NCBI GenBank assembly: GCA_013203785.1 | Contig: JABMPJ010000110.1 | Span: 3,344-67,343 of the forward strand | From: Lentisphaerota bacterium | GTDB lineage: Bacteria; Verrucomicrobiota; Kiritimatiellia; UBA8416; JABMPJ01 | DNA length: 64,000 nt | Direction: 5' to 3' | In this document: one piece after another, positions 47,936 through 55,866 of the stretch | Numbering within the stretch: position 1 is the stretch's first letter | Layout: every line of letters begins with the position of its first letter | Notes under the pieces: generated by a model | What the model was told of the DNA's origin: nothing | Database searches by the model: none | What the model saw: only the letters and a program-made list of their open reading frames with translations | Translations under genes and position numbers: made by a program

Positions 47936-48745
47936 ATGTATCTTGAGTTCTACGGACTTAACGAGTTCCCCTTCAACATCACGCCTGACCCCCGCTTTCT
48001 CTATTTTGCCCAGCATCACCGCGAAGCCTACAACCATCTGATGTACGGGATCATGCAGCGCAAGGGGTTCATAGAACTCACGGGCGAGGTTGGTTCGGGA
48101 AAGACGACCCTGTGCCGAGCCGTGCTGGCTGACCTTGACCACAGTGTCGAAACCGCCCTTATTTTGAATCCCTCCCTGACCGAAACCCAACTCCTACGCT
48201 CCATGCTCAACGACTTCGGGCTCGAGGCGGGTGGTCGCGACAGACTGGCTTACATTGAGCGACTCAACCGTTTTCTGCTCGAACGCAACCACGAGGGCAT
48301 CAACGTCGCCCTAGTGATCGACGAAGCCCAGAATCTCTCGCCACAGCTGATGGAACAGGTCCGCCTGCTCTCCAATCTCGAGACCGATCAGCACAAACTC
48401 ATGCAAATCGTTCTGTGCGGCCAGCCCGAGCTGCGCGAGCGTCTCTCACGTCCGGATCTACGCCAGCTGCGTCAGCGCATTACGGTACGCTACCATATCC
48501 CCCCCTTGACACTGGATGACACCGTCAACTACATCGAGCACCGTCTTGGCGTCGCGGGCGCTAACGGCGGTGTGATCTTTGAGGACGCTGCCGTCCGCGA
48601 AGTGCATCGCTACGCCAAGGGCGGACCGCGGTTGATCAACGCGGTGTGTGACAACGCACTGCTCGCCGGCTATGTTAACCGCGTCCACAGAATTGACGCC
48701 AAGTGTATCAAAAAAGCCATTAGGCAGTTAGAAGGCATAGCATGA
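47936..48745 (+). CDS. ExeA/GspA-type AAA ATPase without a PG-binding domain (start ATG 47936)
   Basis: MYLEFYGLNEFPF.ITPDP, TGEVGSGKT, IDEAQ, GQPEL..L..LRQRI and G.PRLIN.CDNALL. Confidence 0.9.
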   Translation: MYLEFYGLNEFPFNITPDPRFLYFAQHHREAYNHLMYGIMQRKGFIELTGEVGSGKTTLCRAVLADLDHSVETALILNPSLTETQLLRSMLNDFGLEAGGRDRLAYIERLNRFLLERNHEGINVALVIDEAQNLSPQLMEQVRLLSNLETDQHKLMQIVLCGQPELRERLSRPDLRQLRQRITVRYHIPPLTLDDTVNYIEHRLGVAGANGGVIFEDAAVREVHRYAKGGPRLINAVCDNALLAGYVNRVHRIDAKCIKKAIRQLEGIA

Positions 48746-49644
48746 GCCTTATTCAGGAAGCCTTGCGAAGACAGCAGGAAGAGGAATCAGGCGGGAGCGC
48801 TATCCCCGAACAGACGTCGCCTAGCGCACCGCCAAGCCCGCCCAGTCCACCGACCAGTCCACCGCCCAGCGCACCCCCAGCTGCCATTCCCGTTCCCCCG
48901 ATGCCATCGCCTCCGAGCCCGGCGCAGCCCCCTGCGCCCGCTCCAGTTCCAGCCGCCGCTATTCCACCTGTGCCGCCTCCCGCCATACAGAGAATCCCGC
49001 CGTCCGGCATCCCTCCCCTGCCTTCTCCCATCATTGGAAGCGCTGCCGAGGCGAGTGGTCGAGCCAAGAAGAATGACAAGGCCCCACGTCCACCCAAACC
49101 GCAGCGGGAGCCAAGGGAAAGAGGGGCGTTGCCGACCCTCTTTGGCATCCTGCTCGTGATCCTCCTTCTGGTTGGCGGGGCCGTCTGGATGGTCATGTTT
49201 GCGCTCGACCAGTGGCAACACTCCAAGAGTAGAGAGGCGGACGATGCCCCCCTCGCGGGCGCTCCAGCGCTCGATCCGGCCGCCGCGGCCCAATCACCTG
49301 ATGCCGAGCGGGCCATCGTCGCAACAGCGAGCGACCCCATGATTGCAAAACCAGTCATGGACCCAACCGCTGCCCGTGCGGCCATGCAGGCCACCCCGCC
49401 TGCGCCCCCACCAGCTGTAGCGGCGACTCAGCCCAAGTCCGTCATGCCGGTCGAATGGCCTGACTTAACGCTACAGGGAGTGATCGGTCGGGGCGCCAAC
49501 GGTTCTGCCATCTTGAACAACAGTGTCCTGGCGGTCAACGAACTGATCAAAGGGGTCCGTGTGGCGGCGGTACGCCAACAGGGCGTCGAACTTGAATTCG
49601 GTGGCGAGCGACGCTTCATCAAGGTCGGCACATCTACTCGCTAG
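48742..49644 (+). CDS. ExeB/GspB-like Pro-rich bitopic protein
   Basis: MSLIQEALRR N-terminus, Pro-rich tracts, one TM, C-terminal LTLQGVI...AILNN...V beta domain; ATGA overlap with the ExeA-like gene. Confidence 0.75.
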   Translation: MSLIQEALRRQQEEESGGSAIPEQTSPSAPPSPPSPPTSPPPSAPPAAIPVPPMPSPPSPAQPPAPAPVPAAAIPPVPPPAIQRIPPSGIPPLPSPIIGSAAEASGRAKKNDKAPRPPKPQREPRERGALPTLFGILLVILLLVGGAVWMVMFALDQWQHSKSREADDAPLAGAPALDPAAAAQSPDAERAIVATASDPMIAKPVMDPTAARAAMQATPPAPPPAVAATQPKSVMPVEWPDLTLQGVIGRGANGSAILNNSVLAVNELIKGVRVAAVRQQGVELEFGGERRFIKVGTSTR

Positions 49645-49702
49645 CATCCTGCCTCCTAAATGCAGGACACGCGGGAGTTGAGACCTATCGCCCAACCGGG
49701 CA

Positions 49703-50569
49703 TTACGTCTCGGCTTTTACCTCTACCTCGATCTCGGCAATTCGAGCCACGGCATCATCGAACTCCGAGGCACGCGTGACAAAGAAGTGGCAGGGCCGCC
49801 CCGCCAACGTCTCAACATCACTGCGAAGTCCAGTGTCGTAAGGATTCATTACGACCGCCAGCGCGTGCGATCCAAAAAAATCGAATACCAATGCACCACG
49901 TCGCACCACGAAATCGAGCGCAAGTAGTACGCCGACCTCTTTGGGGATATCAAAACTACCCAGCGCCACATAGGGTACCCCGCAGTCTTGCGAGACATAG
50001 GCGATCAGCCGGTCCACCCCCTTAAAACCACGCGCCTCCATAGCGTGCAGCACGGACACGGTGGCAGAGGCATCACTTCCTGACATTTCGGTCACATCCT
50101 GCACCGCCGAGGCATACTCTTCCTGCGTGATCTCGCCGGCCTGCAGTAGGTTCCATGCAAAGGCCAGCTCCTCCGACATGTTGGGGTTCATGTTTACGGT
50201 CCGCGCGACCGTCGATGGAAAAGGCGATACGGCCGTCCCCGCGCCATCATCGGGCGTCGAGGCCATCGCTTCAATTTTGGCCGCCAACGCGACGCCTTCC
50301 GCATCGCCAGCGCTCAACTCACGCAGGCGGTCCAGCAGCTCAAGCGCTTCCACGTGCGCCCCTTCGGCCACCAAAACGCGGCCCAAGCGCAAAACGTACT
50401 CGTAGGAGCGAGCGTGATCGCCGATCTGACCATAGGCGTGTGAAAGCGTTTCCAGTGACGCCCTATCCTCCGGCATGGCCTCAAGGATCTGCTCAAAAGC
50501 GGCGATGGCAGACCAGACCTCATCCTCGAGCTGCTTTCTACCTTTGTCGCTGCTCTCTTCGGTCGCCAT
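49703..50569 (-). CDS. TPR-like N-terminus plus stand-alone MshEN/T2SSE_N-like domain, no ATPase (start ATG 50569)
   Basis: AIAAFEQILEAMPED TPR; LLQAGEITQEEYASAVQD helix; then PYVALGSF..PKEV..LL..DFVVRRGALVF...AVVMNPYD. Confidence 0.65.
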   Translation of the reverse strand: MATEESSDKGRKQLEDEVWSAIAAFEQILEAMPEDRASLETLSHAYGQIGDHARSYEYVLRLGRVLVAEGAHVEALELLDRLRELSAGDAEGVALAAKIEAMASTPDDGAGTAVSPFPSTVARTVNMNPNMSEELAFAWNLLQAGEITQEEYASAVQDVTEMSGSDASATVSVLHAMEARGFKGVDRLIAYVSQDCGVPYVALGSFDIPKEVGVLLALDFVVRRGALVFDFFGSHALAVVMNPYDTGLRSDVETLAGRPCHFFVTRASEFDDAVARIAEIEVEVKAET

Positions 50570-50684
50570 CGTTGAGTGCCCCCGTAATCCTTCCATTCCC
50601 GTCCTGCCATGGCTATGTAACACCTTCAAGGGGTGAAATTCAAGGTTCAACCTTATTGCTCTATTCGTTGAACAGCCTTGAACG

Positions 50685-50700
50685 CGGCACGGCTTTTGCT
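50685..50700 (+). promoter_or_regulatory. sigma54 (-24/-12) promoter of pilBC
   Basis: CGGCACGGCTTTTGCT with exact GG-N10-GC spacing, 37 nt upstream of ATG 50738. Confidence 0.7.
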
Positions 50701-50737
50701 ATGTTGTGGTTGTTCCTCACCATGCAGAAGGTCGAAT

Positions 50738-52447
50738 ATGGGCAAAAACCCCTACAGCGGGAAGATCACGGATATTCTGATCAGAACCGCCGGTGTCACT
50801 CCCGACGCCCTCGCCGCAGCTGAAGAGCGCGCACTCAAAAAAGGCGAGCGACTCGAAAAACACCTCGTCGAACACGGCGTCGTGGGAGCCGAGGCCATGG
50901 TCCTGGCCCTCTCCGAGTATCTTGGTCTGGCACCTATGAACGTCAAGCACTTTACTCCGCATCAGCATCTGCTCGAATTGATACCGCGTGAGATGATGAA
51001 GAAGCAGATGATTGTTCCCGTTGCCCGCGTAGCCAAACAGCTCTCGGTGGCGGTCTCCGACCCGTTTGACCTGCCGGGACTGGATGAGCTGGCCTCCATC
51101 ACCGGTCTCAAGGTGGTCCCCATGGTGGCGGTCGAAGGCGATATTGCGGAACTGTTGGGTCGCCTCTTTGCCGAGACCTCACAGGGCCTCGACATGGAAG
51201 AACTGATGCGCGACGACAGCGACGTCCAGATTCTTGAGGGCGACAGCGAAGAGCAGAGCCTGGATGAAATGCTGGAGACCGCCGAGGGCGCCCCGGTCAT
51301 TCGCATGGTCAATATGATGCTGGTTGAAGCCTTGCGTACCGGTGCCAGTGACATACACATCGAGCCCATGGAGAAGCAAGTTCGGCTACGGTACCGCATT
51401 GACGGCAAGCTCGTCGAGCGACCGGGACCGCCTAAAAACTTACAGAATGCCGTGATATCACGCGTCAAGATCATGTCCGATCTCGACATCGCTGAGCGGC
51501 GCGTTCCCCAGGATGGGCGTTTCAACATCAAGGCCCTCGGCAAGGAAGTTGATTTGCGTATCAGTATTCTCCCCACCGTCCACGGTGAGAAGGTCGTCAT
51601 GCGTACGCTCGACAAGACCACGCTCTCCCCCAGTCTGTCTGCTCTCGGACTGGACCCCTATTCCGAACGCTGCATGACTCATGCCATCGCCCAGCCGCAC
51701 GGCATCATCCTTGTGACCGGACCAACCGGTAGTGGCAAGACCACCACGCTCTATTCGTGTCTGCAGGAGCTCAACCAACCCGACGTCAACATTATCACGT
51801 GCGAAGATCCTGTGGAATACCAGCTTCAGGGAGTCAACCAGGTCCAGATGCACTCGGAGGTTGGTCTGACCTTCTCGTCGGCTCTGCGTTCTATCTTGCG
51901 GCAGGACCCGGACATCGTACTCGTGGGCGAGATCCGCGATGGCGAGACGGCTGAGATCGCCATCAAAGCCGCCCTGACGGGCCACCTGGTTCTGAGCACC
52001 CTGCATACCAACAGTGCACCTGGCGCGGTGACGCGACTGATCGACATGGGTATTGAGCCCTTCATGCTGGGCTCCGCGCTTGTACTGGCCCAGGCCCAGC
52101 GGCTCTATCGCAAGCTCTGTCCCGCCTGCAAGAAGCCGGAACCCGTCGCGCCAGACGTACTAGAGCAGAACCACATCGACCCCAACTTCTTTGACGGCGT
52201 GACGCTCTACCGACCCGGGTCCTGTCCCCGTTGCACCAGCGGTTTCAAGGGGCGCGGTGCCATCATGGAGGTGTTGTTGCTTAATGATGACATCCGTAAC
52301 GCCATCATTCGAGGAGCCAACACAGCCGAGATTTTCAAGTTGGGGCTGGATGCGGGCATGGTCTCGCTCAAGCAGGCAGGCCTGACGCGGGTCAAGGATG
52401 GGCTAACGAGTCTAGCCGCCTCCATAGAAGTCACAGGCGGAGACTAG
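50738..52447 (+). CDS. pilB: Type IV pilus assembly ATPase PilB/GspE (start ATG 50738)
   Basis: ASDIHIEP, RRVPQDGR, GPTGSGKT, EDPVE, LRQDPD.ILVGEIRD, TGHLVLSTLH, and the Zn tetracysteine CPAC...CPRC. Confidence 0.95.
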   Translation: MGKNPYSGKITDILIRTAGVTPDALAAAEERALKKGERLEKHLVEHGVVGAEAMVLALSEYLGLAPMNVKHFTPHQHLLELIPREMMKKQMIVPVARVAKQLSVAVSDPFDLPGLDELASITGLKVVPMVAVEGDIAELLGRLFAETSQGLDMEELMRDDSDVQILEGDSEEQSLDEMLETAEGAPVIRMVNMMLVEALRTGASDIHIEPMEKQVRLRYRIDGKLVERPGPPKNLQNAVISRVKIMSDLDIAERRVPQDGRFNIKALGKEVDLRISILPTVHGEKVVMRTLDKTTLSPSLSALGLDPYSERCMTHAIAQPHGIILVTGPTGSGKTTTLYSCLQELNQPDVNIITCEDPVEYQLQGVNQVQMHSEVGLTFSSALRSILRQDPDIVLVGEIRDGETAEIAIKAALTGHLVLSTLHTNSAPGAVTRLIDMGIEPFMLGSALVLAQAQRLYRKLCPACKKPEPVAPDVLEQNHIDPNFFDGVTLYRPGSCPRCTSGFKGRGAIMEVLLLNDDIRNAIIRGANTAEIFKLGLDAGMVSLKQAGLTRVKDGLTSLAASIEVTGGD

Positions 52448-52460
52448 AGAGGATGCGCGC

Positions 52461-53648
52461 GTGAGTCCAGTTGTCAAACAGAACAATCGTACCGTTGCCA
52501 ACGAAGGCCGTGGTACGACCACCCCGAAGAAGCAGCAGCTGCGTGGCCAGCGCGCACCAACCCCCGGGAGCAAACCGCGTAAGAAGCGCGGCCATGTTCC
52601 TGGAGCCAAGAAAATTGCCAATGATTCGCTGCCCGGCTTCTCACGCCAGCTCAGCGCCATGCTGACGGCAGGCATGCCTATCGTGGCCGCCCTTGAGGCC
52701 CTCCAGGAACAGACCGACAACCCCAATTTCAAGACCGTCATCCAGCAGGTCCGAGGCGCCATCGAGAACGGATCGGCCTTCTCTGAATCCCTGCGCCTAT
52801 TCCCCACCATTTTTAATGACCTCTACGCCAACATGGTGCGTGGTGGCGAGAGCGGAGGCTCACTTGCCGAAGTCGTGGGTCGATTGGCCGGCTTCCTCGA
52901 GGAGAGCGCCAAATTGCGGCGCAAGGTCAAATCAGCCATGATGTACCCGGTCATCGTGCTCTGTATTGCCTTTACCATTGCTATCGGCATGATTGTATTC
53001 ATCGTGCCCGTTTTTGGTGCGATGTTCGCTGATTTTGGGGCGGATTTACCTGCCCCAACACAGGCCTTGCTGGATGTAAGTGACTTCCTCCGCAGCTATG
53101 GAGTCTACGTCGCGGTGGTGGCAATCACAGTCATCGTACTCTTCAAGAGATGGAAGAAGACTGAGAACGGGGCCTATGCATTTGACAATTTCGTCCTGCG
53201 CTTTCCCGTGTTTGGCGAGCTCAATAAAAAGGTGGCTGCCGCCCGCTTCTCTCGTACCTTTGGCCAGCTGATTCGAAGCGGTGTCCCTATCCTGAGCGCC
53301 CTTGAGATCTGCTCGGGTGCAACGGGCAATAAAGTGGCGGGGCGCATCGTGCTGGAAGCGCGCGAGTCTGTTGAGAAAGGCGAACCCCTCTCCAGCGCTA
53401 TGCTTACCCAGACCGTCTTTCCCATCATGATGGTGCGCATGCTACAGGCCGGTGAGAAGACCGGCAAGATCGATGAGATGATGGAGAGCATCGCCGACTT
53501 CTATGACGACGAAGTTGAAACCATGCTGAGCGGTCTGACCTCGTTGCTTGAACCGCTCCTGATGGTCTTCCTCGGCGTCATCATTGGTGGCATCGTGCTC
53601 TGTATGTTCCTCCCCATCTTCAAGATGGGTGAAGTCGTGGGCGGGTAA
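52461..53648 (+). CDS. pilC: Type IV pilus platform protein PilC/GspF
   Basis: FSRQLSAML.AG, GGESGGSL, AMMYP, AGEKTGKID and LEPLLMV. Confidence 0.95.
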   Translation: MSPVVKQNNRTVANEGRGTTTPKKQQLRGQRAPTPGSKPRKKRGHVPGAKKIANDSLPGFSRQLSAMLTAGMPIVAALEALQEQTDNPNFKTVIQQVRGAIENGSAFSESLRLFPTIFNDLYANMVRGGESGGSLAEVVGRLAGFLEESAKLRRKVKSAMMYPVIVLCIAFTIAIGMIVFIVPVFGAMFADFGADLPAPTQALLDVSDFLRSYGVYVAVVAITVIVLFKRWKKTENGAYAFDNFVLRFPVFGELNKKVAAARFSRTFGQLIRSGVPILSALEICSGATGNKVAGRIVLEARESVEKGEPLSSAMLTQTVFPIMMVRMLQAGEKTGKIDEMMESIADFYDDEVETMLSGLTSLLEPLLMVFLGVIIGGIVLCMFLPIFKMGEVVGG

Positions 53649-53767
53649 GCCTTTGGCACTATTCTAGAATTTGAGAAAAACACCTTTACCACGGTGTCAC
53701 TCGACGCCTATACTTTCCCCAAGTACGAACAGAGGCAAGAACCCGACCGACCAAGTGAGATGTTTTC

Positions 53768-55135
53768 ATGGCCAAGATCCTCCTAGTTGATGATGAACCC
53801 AGTATCCTGAGCGTCCTCAGCACGCTTCTTAAAGCCGAGAGTTATGATGTGCAACCCGTTCTGGGGGGAGAAAATGCCACCGAACTGATCGGCACGGGCG
53901 ACTTCGACCTGATGATTACGGATATCCGCATGAGCCCGGTCAATGGCATGGAACTCCTCAAGCAGGCCCATGATCAGTGTCCTGGCATGTCAGTGATTAT
54001 GCTTACAGCTTACGGGTCGGTCGAAACCGCCATCGAAGCCCTGAAATTGGGTGCTTTTGACTATGTGACCAAGCCCTTCAAGGTCGATGAGCTGCTTATC
54101 ACTGTGCAGCGGGCGATCGATTACAATAAGGCCATTTCTGAGAACGCAGACCTTAAGGCGCAGCTCAACACGCGCTACCACCTTAAGAATATTGTGGCTG
54201 AAAGCCGGGCCATGCAAAGCGTTTGCGACATGATTCAGCGCGTTGCTCCCACAGATGCCACTGTCCTTATCGGTGGCGAGAGCGGCACCGGCAAGGAGCT
54301 TGTCGCCAAGGCAATCCACGCCTACAGTCGGCGCAAAGATAAGAAATTTGTGGCCGTCAACTGCGCGGCCCTGCCCGAGCCCCTGCTCGAATCGGAGATG
54401 TTCGGCCACGTCAAAGGCGCATTTACGGGGGCGTCGAGTGACAAGGAAGGGCTTCTGGAGGCGGCCAGCGGCGGCACGATCATGCTTGATGAGATTTCCT
54501 CCATGCCACTCAGCATCCAGGGCAAGTTGCTACGCGTACTCCAAGAGAAGGAGGTCCGTCGCGTCGGAAGCAATAGCGACATCCCTATTGATGCCCGCGT
54601 CCTGGCCGCCACCAACACCTCGCTTGAGGAGATGATCAAGCAAGGTACCTTTCGCGAAGACCTCTACTATCGATTGAGCGTCATTCCGATCGAGATCCCC
54701 CCCTTGCGCGACCGCCCCGAAGACATCATGCCTCTCGTCTACCACGTCATTAAGCGCGAAACCATGGAAGGCCATACGCCGCCAGTACTAGATCCAGAGG
54801 TCGCCGCCATTCTGGAATCCTATACGTGGCCCGGTAATGTGCGCGAACTTGAAAACACAGTGACACACGCCCTGACCTTCTCCCAAAATGGGAAAGTCAC
54901 AAAGGCAGACCTCCCGGCCAAAGTCGCTGCGGCCCCAGTGCGAAGCAGCACCTCCACGGGCATTGCCGACGACGGCGACCGAGGCAAGTCTCTTAAAGCC
55001 TTTCTCCGGGCCAAGGAGAAGGAGTATCTCCAGCATGTTCTATCACTCTCCGGCGGTGATAAAGAAGAAGCGGCCAAAACGCTAAAAATTAGTCTCGCGA
55101 CTCTCTACCGCAAACTCCCCGAGAACGTAGAGTAG
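53768..55135 (+). CDS. pilR: sigma54-dependent response regulator (PilR/NtrC-like)
   Basis: REC (VDDE, ITD, DYVTKP), GESGTGKE, GAFTGA, WPGNVREL and a Fis-type HTH (ISLATLYRKL); lies between pilC and the pilin gene. Confidence 0.85.
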   Translation: MAKILLVDDEPSILSVLSTLLKAESYDVQPVLGGENATELIGTGDFDLMITDIRMSPVNGMELLKQAHDQCPGMSVIMLTAYGSVETAIEALKLGAFDYVTKPFKVDELLITVQRAIDYNKAISENADLKAQLNTRYHLKNIVAESRAMQSVCDMIQRVAPTDATVLIGGESGTGKELVAKAIHAYSRRKDKKFVAVNCAALPEPLLESEMFGHVKGAFTGASSDKEGLLEAASGGTIMLDEISSMPLSIQGKLLRVLQEKEVRRVGSNSDIPIDARVLAATNTSLEEMIKQGTFREDLYYRLSVIPIEIPPLRDRPEDIMPLVYHVIKRETMEGHTPPVLDPEVAAILESYTWPGNVRELENTVTHALTFSQNGKVTKADLPAKVAAAPVRSSTSTGIADDGDRGKSLKAFLRAKEKEYLQHVLSLSGGDKEEAAKTLKISLATLYRKLPENVE

Positions 55136-55208
55136 ATTCTCAATAGAGAGAATTCAAATTCCACAGGCACCCCGCCGGGTCCATCTCTTAATGCCTCATA
55201 CAGCGGAG

Positions 55209-55236
55209 CAATATTGGACAACGCTGTCCAATATTG
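55209..55236. promoter_or_regulatory. Perfect 12-bp inverted repeat, candidate upstream activator site for pilA
   Basis: CAATATTGGACA-ACGC-TGTCCAATATTG, about 180 nt upstream of the sigma54 site. Confidence 0.5.
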
Positions 55237-55412
55237 AACTGATAAGATGTCATACAAGAGAACATCTGGTCATATTTGCACAACTGAGAAGAATACACCA
55301 GATTTAGAGAGAGTCATAAACAAGACATAAAACTATCATATTGAGAAATAGAGAACCTCAAAGTCAGTCCTGAGAACCGATTTTCACAAAAAACAGAGAC
55401 GCCCATTACACT

Positions 55413-55428
55413 TGGCACGGCCACTGCT
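55413..55428 (+). promoter_or_regulatory. sigma54 (-24/-12) promoter of pilA
   Basis: TGGCACGGCCACTGCT with GG-N10-GC spacing in an AT-rich 360-nt spacer. Confidence 0.8.
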
Positions 55429-55495
55429 TTATTAATCCGCCGTAACGACTTAATAACGGGCAAGTTCGCAGCCCACTAACCGAGAGGAGAATGCG

Positions 55496-55852
55496 ATGAA
55501 CAAGAAGAACCTGGGTTTCACACTCGTAGAGATCATGATCGTGGTCGCGATCATCGGCCTGTTGGCCGCTATTGCAATTCCTTCCTTTGTGAAGGCTCGT
55601 AATACGTCACAGCAGAATGCCTGCGTCAACAACCTCCGTCAGATCGACGGCGGCAAAGAGCAGTGGGCGATGGCCGACAGGCAGAGCGATGGCGCCGCAG
55701 TCATCACCGCGTCCGTCAATGAGTACATTAAGGGCAACACGACTCCTGAGTGCCCCGGTGCCGGCACCTATATATACGGTAACATTGGTTCCAACCCGGC
55801 CTGCGATGGTGTGACGGTTACGTCGCATGTCTTCGCCGGTGGTGGTGCGTGA
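55496..55852 (+). CDS. pilA: Type IVa major pilin-like protein
   Basis: Class III signal MNKKNLG|FTLVEIMIVVAIIGLLAAIAIP; GAGGAG RBS; own promoter and terminator. Confidence 0.88.
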   Translation: MNKKNLGFTLVEIMIVVAIIGLLAAIAIPSFVKARNTSQQNACVNNLRQIDGGKEQWAMADRQSDGAAVITASVNEYIKGNTTPECPGAGTYIYGNIGSNPACDGVTVTSHVFAGGGA

Positions 55853-55866
55853 TCGACCGAGTCTGA

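Noticed and set aside
53654-53669. Third sigma54 promoter before pilR (TGGCACTATTCTAGAA)
   Set aside because: The -12 position is GA rather than the near-invariant GC
55496-55852. Conductive e-pilin
   Set aside because: The 111-aa mature pilin has only 7 F/W/Y residues (about 6%) and lacks the Tyr27/Tyr32 positions of Geobacter pilin
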